This document shows, in pieces, positions 27,656 through 38,047 of a DNA stretch of 64,000 nucleotides (positions are counted from its first letter, which is position 1; every line of letters starts with the position of its first letter). Position numbers and translations under genes: made by a program. The notes under the pieces are model-generated. The model did no database searches and was not told the DNA's origin. It worked only from the letters and a program-made list of their open reading frames with translations. Origin of the DNA: Polyangiaceae bacterium (lineage in GTDB: Bacteria > Myxococcota_A > Polyangia > Polyangiales > Polyangiaceae); contig JBILLK010000002.1 of assembly GCA_044376115.1 (NCBI GenBank), positions 1 through 64,000 on the forward strand, read 5' to 3'.

Positions 27656-29047
27656 ATGTTCCGCATTCAGCTTGGCCTCCTCGCGCTTGCCCTTGCAGGG
27701 CTCCCGAGCTCGCTGGCGGTGGCTCGGCCCACGGCTCCGCCAATCCTCTGTGAGACCTATCCCGAAGCCGCATCGTGCCTGGGCCGTCTGCCGGGCTGTG
27801 ACCTCTGCCACACCTCGACCGACCCCACGACGTGGAACGCCTACGGCCGGGCGCTCAATACGCAGATTCTCGGCGACTTCGAGCAGGAGCTGGCCTTAGC
27901 GCTCAAAGCTCTGGCCGCAACAGACTCGGACCTCGATGGTTTGAGCAACGCCGATGAGCTCGAACGCGGCTCGAACCCGGGCGACGCCGAGTCGGCGTTC
28001 TGCGAACAGCAGGTCGCGAGCTTTCAACCAACTACTAGCTATTCAGGCTTTGACTATGAGCGCGCCCTGCGCCGAGTTGGGGCTCTGTATTGCGGTCGCA
28101 GCCCTACGTACGAGCAGGTCGAAGGACTCTTCGAAGGGTCCCCGGATGAGGCCACGCTCAAGCAGCGCCTGCACGCGGCGCTCGATCAGTGTCTGGCCAG
28201 CGACTACTGGCGTGATGAGGGCTTGCAGCGCATCGCCGACCCGCTGATTCGGCCCGTGGCTCCTGTCGGTCAGGAGTCGACCATCGGCATCGTTCTTGGC
28301 GACTACAAGTACGACTACCGCCTTTTCGCTTATGTGCTTACCGGGGACAGGGACGCGCGCGAGCTACTAACGGCCGATTACCACGTAGGCGAGGACTTCA
28401 AGCCGATCGAGGGCCAAATTTCGCAGACGACGGCGGGGCAGGGCGGAACCGAGAACGGCACACAGAACCTGGCTGTTTCACGGCGCGCGGGGATGATCAC
28501 CAGTGAATGGTTCTTGTTGATCAATACCATGTTTAGTGACTTGCCGCGCACCACTGCGGCCCAGGCCTATCGCGGTTATCTCGGTATGGATCTGTCTTTG
28601 CAAGAGGGGATCTGGCCAGTTGCAGGCGAGCCGCTGGATGTTGACGGCAAAGGCGTCACGGAGGCCGCTTGTAGCCAATGCCACAGCACGCTCGATCCGC
28701 TATCGTACGCCTTCGCCTTTTACGAAGGTATCGCCGGACCAAAGACGGGCACCTACAACGAGAAGCGTCCCAAGCAACGCATCGACGGTTGGGATGACAA
28801 CCAGACCTTCCTGTTCGGGGAGCCGGTCGCGGACCTGGTTGCCTGGGCCAAAAAGGCCGCGGAATCGGAGGCCTTCCGTCGCAATCTGGCTGAGATCTTT
28901 TTCCGTCACGCCATTGGCCGTGAGCCCGGTTTGCTCGATGAGCCGGGCCTCGTGGCCGCCTTCCAGGCCATGCCTGAGGATGGCTACTCGGCCAACCGGC
29001 TGCTGCATCGACTCGTGGATCTGCCGGCGTTTGGAGGCCTGCTATGA
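27656..29047 (+). CDS. Secreted di-heme c-type cytochrome-like protein (DUF1588/PSD-like)
   Basis: Signal peptide; CDLCH and CSQCH; DSDLDGLSNADE Ca-binding-like repeat; RAGMIT motif. Confidence 0.75.
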   Translation: MFRIQLGLLALALAGLPSSLAVARPTAPPILCETYPEAASCLGRLPGCDLCHTSTDPTTWNAYGRALNTQILGDFEQELALALKALAATDSDLDGLSNADELERGSNPGDAESAFCEQQVASFQPTTSYSGFDYERALRRVGALYCGRSPTYEQVEGLFEGSPDEATLKQRLHAALDQCLASDYWRDEGLQRIADPLIRPVAPVGQESTIGIVLGDYKYDYRLFAYVLTGDRDARELLTADYHVGEDFKPIEGQISQTTAGQGGTENGTQNLAVSRRAGMITSEWFLLINTMFSDLPRTTAAQAYRGYLGMDLSLQEGIWPVAGEPLDVDGKGVTEAACSQCHSTLDPLSYAFAFYEGIAGPKTGTYNEKRPKQRIDGWDDNQTFLFGEPVADLVAWAKKAAESEAFRRNLAEIFFRHAIGREPGLLDEPGLVAAFQAMPEDGYSANRLLHRLVDLPAFGGLL

Positions 29048-29655
29048 AACGTTGCTTGGCTTTGTTGCCGCTGGTTGTCCTGTTGGGTTGTGGCGAGGAG
29101 ACAGACACGGCTCCGCCGGCTCCATCGTGTGCGGATGAAGCGCCCGTTCCCACGGTCACTTGGAAGCGCACGCACGTGCTCGTCAGCGACCTCAGCAGAG
29201 GCCTCGAACTCGAGCCCGCGGAGGTCTGTCTCGAGCTCGGTACTCAGGCTTGCGCGGAGGTTCACCGCGTCGCGCTGGGCTCGAGTGACCCTTTCGACAA
29301 GGCGCTCTATGCTCCCTTTGCCGAGCCGTTAGCGACGACACCACTGGCCAGCGAGCGCGTTGTCCTGGCCGCCTGTGTGGCGCGGGTCGCGCAAGATCGC
29401 AGCGCCCAGCCGAAGCTCTTTACCTCGCTCGACCTCGAGGCGGATAGCGTAGTAGACAGCGGGCCGAATAGCGCCTTTGCGCGAGATGTTTCGGCCCTTG
29501 GTAAGCGCTTGCTCGGTCGTGTGCTCTCCGCCGAGGAGCTGGCCACCTTGGCGGAGCTGACGCGCAATGATGCGGGCGAGCCGATCAAAGCCGCCGACGC
29601 AGCCGTGCTCGCCTGTTTCACGGTCGGGACATCGCGTGAGTTCTTGTTCTTGTGA
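29044..29655 (+). CDS. Hypothetical lipoprotein
   Basis: LLGC lipobox; overlaps both neighbours. Confidence 0.8.
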   Translation: MKRCLALLPLVVLLGCGEETDTAPPAPSCADEAPVPTVTWKRTHVLVSDLSRGLELEPAEVCLELGTQACAEVHRVALGSSDPFDKALYAPFAEPLATTPLASERVVLAACVARVAQDRSAQPKLFTSLDLEADSVVDSGPNSAFARDVSALGKRLLGRVLSAEELATLAELTRNDAGEPIKAADAAVLACFTVGTSREFLFL

Positions 29656-29663
29656 GGGGCCCC

Positions 29664-31154
29664 ATGAATAACTCAGTCGACGCAAAACATAGCCGGCTCA
29701 AGCGACGCTCGCTCTTTCATGCACTCTTGGGCTCGAGCCTCGCTGGCGCGCTCGTGGGCAGAGGCCCAGGTCTACAAGCGGCCCCCAAGACCGACCGTAA
29801 GCTGCTGTTCGTGGTCGCGGCAGCCGGCGGAGCCAGCATCGTGGATAGCTTTCTGCCTGTCGCGCAATCGGAGGCGGGCGCTAGCGGCGACGTTTTAGTT
29901 GCCTATCCCGATCTGCTGGTCAAGACAGCCTCGGGCGGCGGGATCCGTTATGTGGATTCGGTGGCGGGGAGCGATTCGCTCGGCCTTTTTTCGAGCGACT
30001 ACAACCTCGGTACCTTCGTCTCGCGGCATGCGCAGGACATGTTGGTGGTCACGCAGGAGACCACCAGCGTCAATCATGTCGTAGCGCAGAAGCGCGCTAT
30101 CACCGGCGCTAACATCAACCGCGGCCGCACCATCATGGAGGCGGTGGCAGAACTACACGGCGCTGGCCTGCCGCTGGCCAATTGCAACTTTGCCACGGGC
30201 GCCTACGTCGAGCCGGGGGACGACGCAACGTTGCCGGCCTTCGCTCGCGGCGAGGTCGTCGCTGATCCGCTGTTCTTCCCGCTAGCGACGCATGGTTCGC
30301 GCGGGGTCACCGGCGCTCCGGAGCGCGAGCTCTTGCTTCGTGCGCGGGCCGTGCGTGAAACCTTGGAGGGCAAGTCTCCCTTCCTTCAGCGCTATGCGAA
30401 GGCGAGAATGCTCGAGCTCTTTGCTGAGCGTCGCAACGCCGCGGAGGCGCTCGAGAAGGCCGATCTACTTAGTAAGCTGATGCTGCTGCCCACAGCGGAC
30501 TATCAACTCAGCGACTACGATCTAGAGAGCTCGCCCTTGCTCGCCCGCATGACCGAGGTGTTCCCCAACTTGGCCAAAGGGGATGCGCTCGAGGCGCAGA
30601 CCGCCGTCGGCTTCCTGCTGGCGCACTACGGCGCGTCCGCTGCCGTGACCATTGGACCAAGCTTCGTGCCCAGCTTTCTTGGCGACGGCACCATCGTGGA
30701 TACGCCCTTGGTATTCGACTATTCGCATACCGATCACGTGACCGCGCAAAACGTCAATTGGCGTCGCATGATGAAGGTGGTTGATGGCTTGGTGACCCTG
30801 CTCAAGGAGGAGGACTACTTGGGTGACGGTGGTGAGGGGAAGATGTGGGACCGCAGCCTGCTCTATGTAGCTACCGAATTTGGCCGTTCCAAAACCCGTC
30901 CCAGCGGCTCGCTCAAGTTTGGCTCGGGGCATGACCTCTCGAACGGCAATCTGCTCGTCTCTCCGCTGCTCAAAGGCAACAAGGTGTACGGCGGTGTCGA
31001 TCCGAAGACGGTGATCACCTACGGCTTCGACGGTGCGACGGGGGAGGCCAAACCCGATACGGTGATGCGCGAGGGGCACGTTTACAGCCTCATTGCGCAG
31101 GCGATGGGCGTCTCGTTTGAGGGCCGCTTGGACATGAGCGGCCTCGTGCGCTGA
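29664..31154 (+). CDS. Tat-exported DUF1501-like protein
   Basis: KRRSLF twin-Arg signal; FDYSHTDH, VATEFGRS, GSGHD, GNKVYGG motifs. Confidence 0.75.
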   Translation: MNNSVDAKHSRLKRRSLFHALLGSSLAGALVGRGPGLQAAPKTDRKLLFVVAAAGGASIVDSFLPVAQSEAGASGDVLVAYPDLLVKTASGGGIRYVDSVAGSDSLGLFSSDYNLGTFVSRHAQDMLVVTQETTSVNHVVAQKRAITGANINRGRTIMEAVAELHGAGLPLANCNFATGAYVEPGDDATLPAFARGEVVADPLFFPLATHGSRGVTGAPERELLLRARAVRETLEGKSPFLQRYAKARMLELFAERRNAAEALEKADLLSKLMLLPTADYQLSDYDLESSPLLARMTEVFPNLAKGDALEAQTAVGFLLAHYGASAAVTIGPSFVPSFLGDGTIVDTPLVFDYSHTDHVTAQNVNWRRMMKVVDGLVTLLKEEDYLGDGGEGKMWDRSLLYVATEFGRSKTRPSGSLKFGSGHDLSNGNLLVSPLLKGNKVYGGVDPKTVITYGFDGATGEAKPDTVMREGHVYSLIAQAMGVSFEGRLDMSGLVR

Positions 31155-31322
31155 GCGGGCTGAGCGCCGTGGTGTTCGACGAGCTACAGCGCGGGGTAGG
31201 GCAACGCAAGCGGGGAGGAAACTGAGCGGTCTGCTTAATTCGAAGGGCGGCTCATAGAAGATCGAACTGTGCTGGTCCAAGGAAGAAGGGCCGGGCGGTT
31301 TCGTATAGCGCCACGCGCACCC

Positions 31323-32420
31323 ATGCTGCTTCGTTCCGCCCATCGATATGTTCCGCTGCTCGCCCTCAGCGCCTGCAACCTGATCTCCTTCAGCGGTGGT
31401 TCTTCCTCCACACCCAGCGCTGGTGCCGAGAGTGCTGCTGCGGAGCAACCGTACACGCCTTCGGCGGCCTCGCTCGAATGGTTCCAGAACTGCTCGGCGC
31501 ACTATGGGCGCCAAATGAACGATTGGGCGCCGCTGCTGAAGGAATCCAGAGCGCTCATCGCCGAGACAAAGTCTCTTCCGTACTACGAGGCCGCCAGCAG
31601 GCTCTCGGTGCAATCGGAGAAGCTTTGCCTGGAGGGAGCCAAGGTCAATAGTGGCGGGCTCAAGTGGCACAACGACGCTGGCGTACGTCTCGAGGTCGTA
31701 CTCGAGTTGGCCCGTCGCAGCGTCGAGCGCAAGTACAAGACGTGGCTCCTCTCGTCGAACTATCGCAACTTCATCGCAGACGAAGTGCCCTTTACCGGCA
31801 ATGATGAGTTCGATCGCAACTCCTTTTGTGTAGCGGTCCAGAAGAAGGGGCTCACCTTGTCGAACGGAGAGCGATTTGCGCCCTTGTCTGGTCAGCCTTC
31901 CGGGGCGGCGCATTGGTTGGAGGCCGCGGAGTTCGAACGCTTTCGCACCAAGCAGGACGCCGTCCTTAATAGCTATCAAGACGCACTTACCGCGGTGGAC
32001 GAGCTGGCCTCGGCTCCTGGGGATGACGGCAAGAGCTACGCAGTGCAAGGGGACTACGGCAAGGTGACTGGCGTAAAGAAGGACGGCAACGCGATCGTGG
32101 CCTCGCTCGCTCACATCACTGTGCCCTATACCTGCCAGCACTCCGGGAACTATCGCTTCAACGGCGTCGAGTGGACCGACTGTGACTACGTCGACGCCGC
32201 GCCCGTCGTCTCTTACAAATTCTCCGCGCGCTTCGAGGACGTCCCGGCTTCGGGCATCAAGACTGGGGACACCGTCAGCTTCGTGGGCTTGGTCAACGGT
32301 AAGGTGCTATTCGATGCGAAAAAGCCCGACGCCAAATGGGATAGCACGACGGTGCATCGCGTCGACCGCGGGAAGAAGCCGGTGTTCGCGGTCAACACCG
32401 TTGATCTTTGTCGCCCATGA
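31323..32420 (+). CDS. Hypothetical lipoprotein
   Basis: ALSAC lipobox; long ORF with paired Cys. Confidence 0.75.
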   Translation: MLLRSAHRYVPLLALSACNLISFSGGSSSTPSAGAESAAAEQPYTPSAASLEWFQNCSAHYGRQMNDWAPLLKESRALIAETKSLPYYEAASRLSVQSEKLCLEGAKVNSGGLKWHNDAGVRLEVVLELARRSVERKYKTWLLSSNYRNFIADEVPFTGNDEFDRNSFCVAVQKKGLTLSNGERFAPLSGQPSGAAHWLEAAEFERFRTKQDAVLNSYQDALTAVDELASAPGDDGKSYAVQGDYGKVTGVKKDGNAIVASLAHITVPYTCQHSGNYRFNGVEWTDCDYVDAAPVVSYKFSARFEDVPASGIKTGDTVSFVGLVNGKVLFDAKKPDAKWDSTTVHRVDRGKKPVFAVNTVDLCRP

Positions 32421-32513
32421 GTAGTTGACGATCCGCGCCTGAATACCGCGAGGGTGGTCATTCAGACGCCGATCCGTTAAGGACGTCCGGTCTCTCGAAG
32501 CAAGGAAGCTCCA

Positions 32514-33293
32514 ATGTCGATGGTTGCGCGTATCTTTTATTGGCTCAGCCTGATGACGCTGGCTGGCGGCCTGATCATCCCGATCCACAACTCGGCGATG
32601 TCTTGGAGTGAAGCCACCCCGGCGGTCTTGGCGGGGCTGTTCTTCGTCCCATTGTGGGCCGCACTGTCCCTGGTTTTCGTTCCGGCCAAGGTCAAGGCGG
32701 CGGGACCACTGCAAGTGTCGACGTATCGTCGCAGCAGCGGCATGATGCTGAGTGGTATTGGTTTGGTCTTCTGTCTAGCCGTTGGGACGTATGTTTGGCA
32801 GGTCTGCGTGGACAAGCGCAGCGAGGAGAACAGCGCTTCTCGCTATTCGAGCTATCCCAGCTACTCGAGTTACCCGAGCTACCCGCCGCCTTACGTCGCT
32901 TCACGGAGTTGGGGCAAGGGCGCTGATCTCGGAATCATCACGCTGGGCAACGCCGTTTTCCCCTTGATTGCGCTGATTGTCTTCGCGGTCCGCAAACCCA
33001 AGGGCGAATTGTTGCAGGGTTATCCGCAGCAGGGTCAGCAGGGTTATCCGCAGCAGGGTCAGCAGGGTTATCCGCAGCAGGGTCAGCAGGGTTATCCGCA
33101 GCAGGGTTATCCGCAGCAGGGTCAACAGGGGTATCCGCAGCAGGGTCAACAGGGGTATCCGCAGCAGGGCTATCCGCAGCAGGGTCAACAGGGGTATCCG
33201 CAGCAGGGCTATCCGCAGCAGGGCCAACAGGGCGAGCCACAGCAGGGCCCGCAGGGTTACCCGGGCCAACCGCCCTTCCCGCCGAACTCGTAG
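32514..33293 (+). CDS. Membrane protein (about 4 TM) with a GYPQQ(GQQ) repeat tail
   Basis: Hydrophobic segments followed by a repeat tail; SD-like AAGGAAG. Confidence 0.8.
   Translation: MSMVARIFYWLSLMTLAGGLIIPIHNSAMSWSEATPAVLAGLFFVPLWAALSLVFVPAKVKAAGPLQVSTYRRSSGMMLSGIGLVFCLAVGTYVWQVCVDKRSEENSASRYSSYPSYSSYPSYPPPYVASRSWGKGADLGIITLGNAVFPLIALIVFAVRKPKGELLQGYPQQGQQGYPQQGQQGYPQQGQQGYPQQGYPQQGQQGYPQQGQQGYPQQGYPQQGQQGYPQQGYPQQGQQGEPQQGPQGYPGQPPFPPNS
33015..33263 (+). repeat. Coding tandem repeat of 24-nt (GYPQQGQQ) and 15-nt (GYPQQ) units
   Basis: Repeated GGTTATCCGCAGCAG(GGTCAGCAG) visible in the DNA. Confidence 0.95.
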
Positions 33294-34085
33294 TCAGATA
33301 CCCCCAGCCCCTCCCGCGCCGCCGGTTCCGCCGGGACCGCCAGGCCCGGCGCCTCCGGCGCCCTGATTGCACTCGGGAAGGTCTTTGCAGTCCGCGCAAT
33401 CACAGCCCTCGTTGAGCGGATCACAGGTGCCGTCCACAGCGCAGGACGAGCACTGATTGAAACATGCGGGACAAATGCACGGCGTACGGTCGAGGCAGAG
33501 GCCGTCGCACAGCTCCAAGGCACAGCGCAGCTCGGCAGCGCACTCGGGGCAATCACAGCTCTCGGTCGCACCGCAGCTCTTGTCGAGCGCTCCTCCCTCA
33601 CACGCGCTGACTAAGGGCTCACAGTGCTTGTTCTGCGCGCAATCACTGCATTGGCACCCCTCGATGGGGTCGCAAATGCCGTCGTCGAGGCAGCACTGGA
33701 GGACGAGCGAGTAGCAGTACCCGGTGCGGTCACAATCGTTGCAGAGGCAGGTGTCTTCGACCCCGCAGGCACCATTGTCGAAGCAACGGTTCACACACAC
33801 GGGGGCGTTATTGCAATCCGGGCATAGGCAGGTTTCTTCGCCGGCGACCGAGGCCGAACACGTTCCATCGGGAACTCCACCTTCACAGGCTGCGTCGCAG
33901 GGAAGTGGTCGCTCGGTTCCGCACCCCGGATCCAAGTCCGGCTCGGAGCATTGTGGAAGGACGGCAGGCGGCGGCACGAACGTGTCTTCGAACACCGAGC
34001 AGGCGCCGCTCAAGCTCAGGCCGGTAACGGTGAGAGCGGCGAGGCGCTGAAGCGTGCTTGCGTGACGTCGCACGCGGCCGAGCAT
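33294..34085 (-). CDS. Cys-rich lipoprotein with CxCxxC repeats
   Basis: SGAC lipobox; repeated ETCLCPDC/DTCLCNDC/EGCQCSDC/ESCDCPEC. Confidence 0.75.
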   Translation of the reverse strand: MLGRVRRHASTLQRLAALTVTGLSLSGACSVFEDTFVPPPAVLPQCSEPDLDPGCGTERPLPCDAACEGGVPDGTCSASVAGEETCLCPDCNNAPVCVNRCFDNGACGVEDTCLCNDCDRTGYCYSLVLQCCLDDGICDPIEGCQCSDCAQNKHCEPLVSACEGGALDKSCGATESCDCPECAAELRCALELCDGLCLDRTPCICPACFNQCSSCAVDGTCDPLNEGCDCADCKDLPECNQGAGGAGPGGPGGTGGAGGAGGI

Positions 34086-34174
34086 AGGGTCAAGTCAGGG
34101 TCGTAGCCTAGAAGGCAATCGCTAGCCAAGCGGACGGAGGCAGCGCCGTCGCGGGCCGCTGCTAGAGTCTGCCC

Positions 34175-34756
34175 GTGCGTACCTCCATTGTCTGGTTGTT
34201 CTTCCCATTGCTCGTCGCCTGCGCGGAGCCGTCTGCGCCAACAGCTGCTTCGGCGGCCCGTCCTAGTACGGATAGCGCGTTACCGCAGAGCCTCTATGGG
34301 CTGACCGTCAACCGTCTCAACGGCAAGCCGGAGGCGCTCAAGACCTACGAAGGGAAGGTCGTTCTACTCGTCAATACGGCCAGTGAGTGCGGCTACACAC
34401 CGCAATACGAAGGGCTGGAGGCGTTGTGGCAGGAGTACCAGACCAAGGGGGTGGTGGTGCTGGGCTTTCCAAGCAATGACTTCGGCGGTCAAGAGCCGGG
34501 CAGCAGTCAGGAGATTGCCACGTTCTGTCAGCGTAACTACGGCGTATCCTTTCCGATGTTCGAGAAGGTCGTCAGCAAAGGTCCGCAGGCTGCGCCCGTC
34601 TTTAAGTTCCTGGCTGCGACGGCTGGCGAGCCAAAGTGGAACTTTCATAAGTACCTCGTCAACAAGCAGGGCAAGGTTGTGAAGGCCTTCCCCAGCTCGG
34701 TGACGCCTGAGAGCGCAGAGCTGCGAGCCGCGATTGATTCGGCGCTGGCTGAGTGA
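34175..34756 (+). CDS. Glutathione peroxidase family protein (Cys type), lipoprotein
   Basis: VNTASECGYTPQY, LGFPSNDFGGQEPG, KWNFHKYL; LVAC lipobox. Confidence 0.95.
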   Translation: MRTSIVWLFFPLLVACAEPSAPTAASAARPSTDSALPQSLYGLTVNRLNGKPEALKTYEGKVVLLVNTASECGYTPQYEGLEALWQEYQTKGVVVLGFPSNDFGGQEPGSSQEIATFCQRNYGVSFPMFEKVVSKGPQAAPVFKFLAATAGEPKWNFHKYLVNKQGKVVKAFPSSVTPESAELRAAIDSALAE

Positions 34757-34929
34757 GGCTCGGCTTACGACGCACATAGCGCTGGGCCGCGGTTGGCTGC
34801 GCGACACCATTGTCATGCGGCTCGTGGTAGTTGAGCCCATCCTGGCCAATTTTGTTGGCTGACCTTCTGGGTATGATCGTTGCTGTGGGTTAACTTCGGC
34901 GAAAGCCATATCTTCCTCCTGGCCGATCT

Positions 34930-35244
34930 ATGCCCAAGCGCTTGTTGCTCGCCTTACTGTTTGCCTCCGCCTGTTTTTCGCCCGACTTTTCGTGCGGAGA
35001 AGAGTGTAGACCAACTCGGCCAGACCATCCGTTCGAGGCCGATCGCCTCGATTGCGATGGTGGCTTTGTCAGTGATGGGGGTGGCGGCGAAGCAGGCGGT
35101 ACGGCTGGAGCCGGCGGAGAGGCAGGCGGTACCGCCGGAGCAGGCGGCGCTGTAGGTGGGGCAGGAGGCACGGCTGGAGCCGGTGGAGAAGCCGGCGGTT
35201 CGGCCGGCAAGGCTGGAGCCGGCGGAGCGGGTGGTGCACCATGA
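34930..35244 (+). CDS. Small Gly-rich lipoprotein
   Basis: FASAC lipobox, GGEAGGTAGA repeats; ATGA overlap with the next gene. Confidence 0.6.
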   Translation: MPKRLLLALLFASACFSPDFSCGEECRPTRPDHPFEADRLDCDGGFVSDGGGGEAGGTAGAGGEAGGTAGAGGAVGGAGGTAGAGGEAGGSAGKAGAGGAGGAP

Positions 35245-35543
35245 GGACCAGCAAACGTGCGTTCTGTCTACTTGCCGTCGTGATGTTTGGCTGCGAGGAG
35301 ACCCCAACAATCGAGCAAACTTGCGAGCGGATCGCCAGCTGCGGCACAACCGATACGGCTGTGCTCGAGGAATGCCTCGAGGAGGGCAACCTCGTTTACG
35401 AGTCAGCCTATGACAACGGCTGCGAGTCGGAGCTCGAGGACTATCTGGACTGCCTCGACAACGAGGAATGTGGCTGGTGGACCGAGTGCGAAGATGAGCG
35501 CGAGGAACTAGCGATTTGTATCGGTGGGTTCCCAGCGGATTGA
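35241..35543 (+). CDS. Small acidic Cys-rich lipoprotein
   Basis: MFGC lipobox followed by eight Cys. Confidence 0.7.
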   Translation: MRTSKRAFCLLAVVMFGCEETPTIEQTCERIASCGTTDTAVLEECLEEGNLVYESAYDNGCESELEDYLDCLDNEECGWWTECEDEREELAICIGGFPAD

Positions 35544-35647
35544 ATCGTAGGTGCGCCTTTGCCTGACTGAAGCGGAGCACATTGCGCTGCTCGACAAGCT
35601 GGCCGAGCGGCGCGAACAAGCTGGTCGCGCCGGCTCGGCCGTGAGGG

Positions 35648-37471
35648 TCATTGCGGCACTGGTGGCACCACCACGGTATTGATGGGTTGGACGCTGGCTC
35701 CCGCTGGGTAGGCGTAGCTCACTGCTGTGGTGGAGAAGGCCGCCGTGGCACCGCTGCCCCAGCCCCAAACGGTCAACCCGAAGGGGGCTGCGCTCGAGAT
35801 CTCGTGACGGCCGTTGTTGCAGTTGCCTTGCGGCTCAAAGTTGCCGCGCACCAAATCGAAGCGGGTGTACTCGTACTCTCCCGCAGCATCGATCGGCTGC
35901 CAACCTCCAACGACGCCAGCGCAATCGAGGTTTACGTCTTGGAACACGCCGTCAACCTTCCTGCGCGTCAGGACCAAGTTCGTCTCCGAGTAGGTTGGAT
36001 CGGTGAAGAAGGTGTACTTGTCCAAGAACTGCGCCGAAGGGATGACGTTGACGAACTCCGGATCGCCGCGGCAGTCGAGGAAGTTTGCGCCGCTAACCTC
36101 ACCACAGCCGGTCATGTGCGCCGAAACGTAGAAGGGGTGGTCTGGGTCCTGAGCCTTCACCAGGAATGGCCCCGGGGCGCGGAACTCAGCGATCTGGCCC
36201 ACCGAGAGAGTGGTTGGTGCTCCCGCGGGCGGCGCTGGGTCCCAGGACAGCACCGTACCGTCAACCGCACCGACCAAACGCCAGGGCGGATTCTCCTCCA
36301 CACCGTCATAGCGGTTTCTGTAGCGCACACCGAGGTACTCGTGTCCCAGCGCCTTGACGGGCGGGATCTGCTGATGCGCCGAGTCGCAGGCTACTTGATT
36401 GACGTCCACGCTCAGGCAGGTAGCGCCGCCCCATACACCAATCGGTTTATCGGATTGAATGGGGCTACCAATTAGTTGTGCGTCTTGCGTAAATTGCAGA
36501 ATCTGTCCGCGATTGAGGGTGTACGTCATCGGTACGCCCTGGCCCGTAGCGGCTACCCCAGGGCCGCCGACGATCGCGGCCGAAGGGCTAATGGTGATTG
36601 AGGTGGCGTCCTCAGCGGCGACCAGCGCGATGGAGGGTTGGGCCTCCGGAACGACCTGACTCTTGCGGAAGGCGTCCACTGCGACGTAGTTGGTCTCCCA
36701 GACCGACGTTGGAAGTAGCAAGGTTGCGCTGGTCGCTGCGCTCTGACCTCCGCCGTAGGGGAAGATGTCGTAGGCGACGCCGGGCGCGTCGGTGGTGATA
36801 TGGAAGGCGTCGCCCAAGCCAGTGCCGTGTACCGCTGCGTCGGCAGAGGTGAACGCTGGAGTAACGCCTGCTGGGCAGCTCGTTAGGTTGCCGCCAAAAC
36901 GCGCAAGAAACAGGATGGCGACCTCGCCGGGAGGAAGCTGATTGTTGGGTAACGGCGCATAGCTAATCGCTTGTCCGTTGCCCGACGGGATGCGGGCGAA
37001 CTGCGATATATCGAAGGTCTGACCGGCTCGCTCGACATTGATGCTTAGCGGAGAACCCCAGGTATTGGCGATGAAGGCGGCAAAACAAGCGCCGGCACCA
37101 ACCGAGATGATGTCTGGCGCGACGCTGTAATAGTCGCAGCCAATCGAGCTCTTGTTCTCGAGGGCGGACTGGCAAGCCGGAACACAGCCACTCGCCCCGC
37201 AGCCTTGATCGTCCGGGCAGGTCTCGAGCACGTTGCCGTCGCAATCGAGGATCGAGTGCAGATCGCTCGAACACTTGGTGCACTGACCGCCACCGCCGAA
37301 GCCACCGCTGCTGGTCCCGAAGGAGCCGGTGCTACCGCCACCGCCAGCCCCCGGGCCCGAAGGTGCGGCTGCGCCGGTCGCACCGGTTGCGCCACTGCCG
37401 CCGCTGTCGCTGCTATCGCCGCACGCGGCTGCGTTTAGACCGACGACAAGGATGAATGGTAAAGACCGCAT
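35648..37471 (-). CDS. IgGFc-binding protein N-terminal domain lipoprotein
   Basis: SIGCDYY, SATLLLPTSVW, SDKPIGVWGG, QQIPPVKALG, SYAYPAG motifs. Confidence 0.85.
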   Translation of the reverse strand: MRSLPFILVVGLNAAACGDSSDSGGSGATGATGAAAPSGPGAGGGGSTGSFGTSSGGFGGGGQCTKCSSDLHSILDCDGNVLETCPDDQGCGASGCVPACQSALENKSSIGCDYYSVAPDIISVGAGACFAAFIANTWGSPLSINVERAGQTFDISQFARIPSGNGQAISYAPLPNNQLPPGEVAILFLARFGGNLTSCPAGVTPAFTSADAAVHGTGLGDAFHITTDAPGVAYDIFPYGGGQSAATSATLLLPTSVWETNYVAVDAFRKSQVVPEAQPSIALVAAEDATSITISPSAAIVGGPGVAATGQGVPMTYTLNRGQILQFTQDAQLIGSPIQSDKPIGVWGGATCLSVDVNQVACDSAHQQIPPVKALGHEYLGVRYRNRYDGVEENPPWRLVGAVDGTVLSWDPAPPAGAPTTLSVGQIAEFRAPGPFLVKAQDPDHPFYVSAHMTGCGEVSGANFLDCRGDPEFVNVIPSAQFLDKYTFFTDPTYSETNLVLTRRKVDGVFQDVNLDCAGVVGGWQPIDAAGEYEYTRFDLVRGNFEPQGNCNNGRHEISSAAPFGLTVWGWGSGATAAFSTTAVSYAYPAGASVQPINTVVVPPVPQ

Positions 37472-37551
37472 TGAGCGAGCTTAGGCGCTCGCGTGGGCCT
37501 TCCGCCATGAACAGAATGGCGTTCACGGTGCGCGGGGGCGCTGCCGTGCGC

Positions 37552-37938
37552 TCAGCCCTCTCGCGCTGACTGCGGGCCACCGGCCGAGGCGGGCTTGGCG
37601 AGCTTCTTGACCTCTGCCATATCGAGCGCCTCGACCTGCTTGATGATCTCGTCGAGTTGGGCGGCCGGAACCACGCCCGGTTGGGCCGCGAGCAGCACGC
37701 CGTCGCGCATGACCACCAAGGTTGGGATGGCGCGCACTTTGAAGGCTGCCGCTAAGCCCGGTTGCGCGTCGGTGTCGATCTTGCCGAAGTGCACGTTGGG
37801 ATGACGGTTGGAGGCGGCCTCGAAGATGGGCGCAAACGTGCGACAGGGGCCACACCAGCTGGCCCATAGATCCAGCAGCACCACGCCCTCTTTGACCGTC
37901 GCCTCGAAGTTCTGCTCGGTAACCTCAACTGTTGCCAT
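37552..37938 (-). CDS. trxA: Thioredoxin
   Basis: WASWCGPC active site; AAGGAG SD. Confidence 0.93.
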   Translation of the reverse strand: MATVEVTEQNFEATVKEGVVLLDLWASWCGPCRTFAPIFEAASNRHPNVHFGKIDTDAQPGLAAAFKVRAIPTLVVMRDGVLLAAQPGVVPAAQLDEIIKQVEALDMAEVKKLAKPASAGGPQSAREG

Positions 37939-38047
37939 GACGTGCTCCTTTACTGTGTGAGCCGCGTGGAGGCGAAAGGGTTCTCACTTTTTGCGTCGGC
38001 AACCCCGATCACCCATTGCGTCCACAGGCGCTAGGCTTGGCGCGACG

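Noticed and set aside
30522..32141. 539 aa minus-strand ORF and many other long alternative-frame ORFs
   Set aside because: Shadow ORFs overlapping better-supported genes, expected in high-GC DNA; no recognisable motifs.
33015..33263. CRISPR-like array
   Set aside because: The repeats are contiguous, in frame and lack unique spacers; no cas genes are present.
34175..34756. Selenoprotein glutathione peroxidase
   Set aside because: The active-site codon is TGC (Cys).
37957..37987. Fourth copy of the TGAGCC promoter motif (also near 1768, 31254 and 45520)
   Set aside because: Lacks GATC and a correctly spaced CGCAC, or points antisense.
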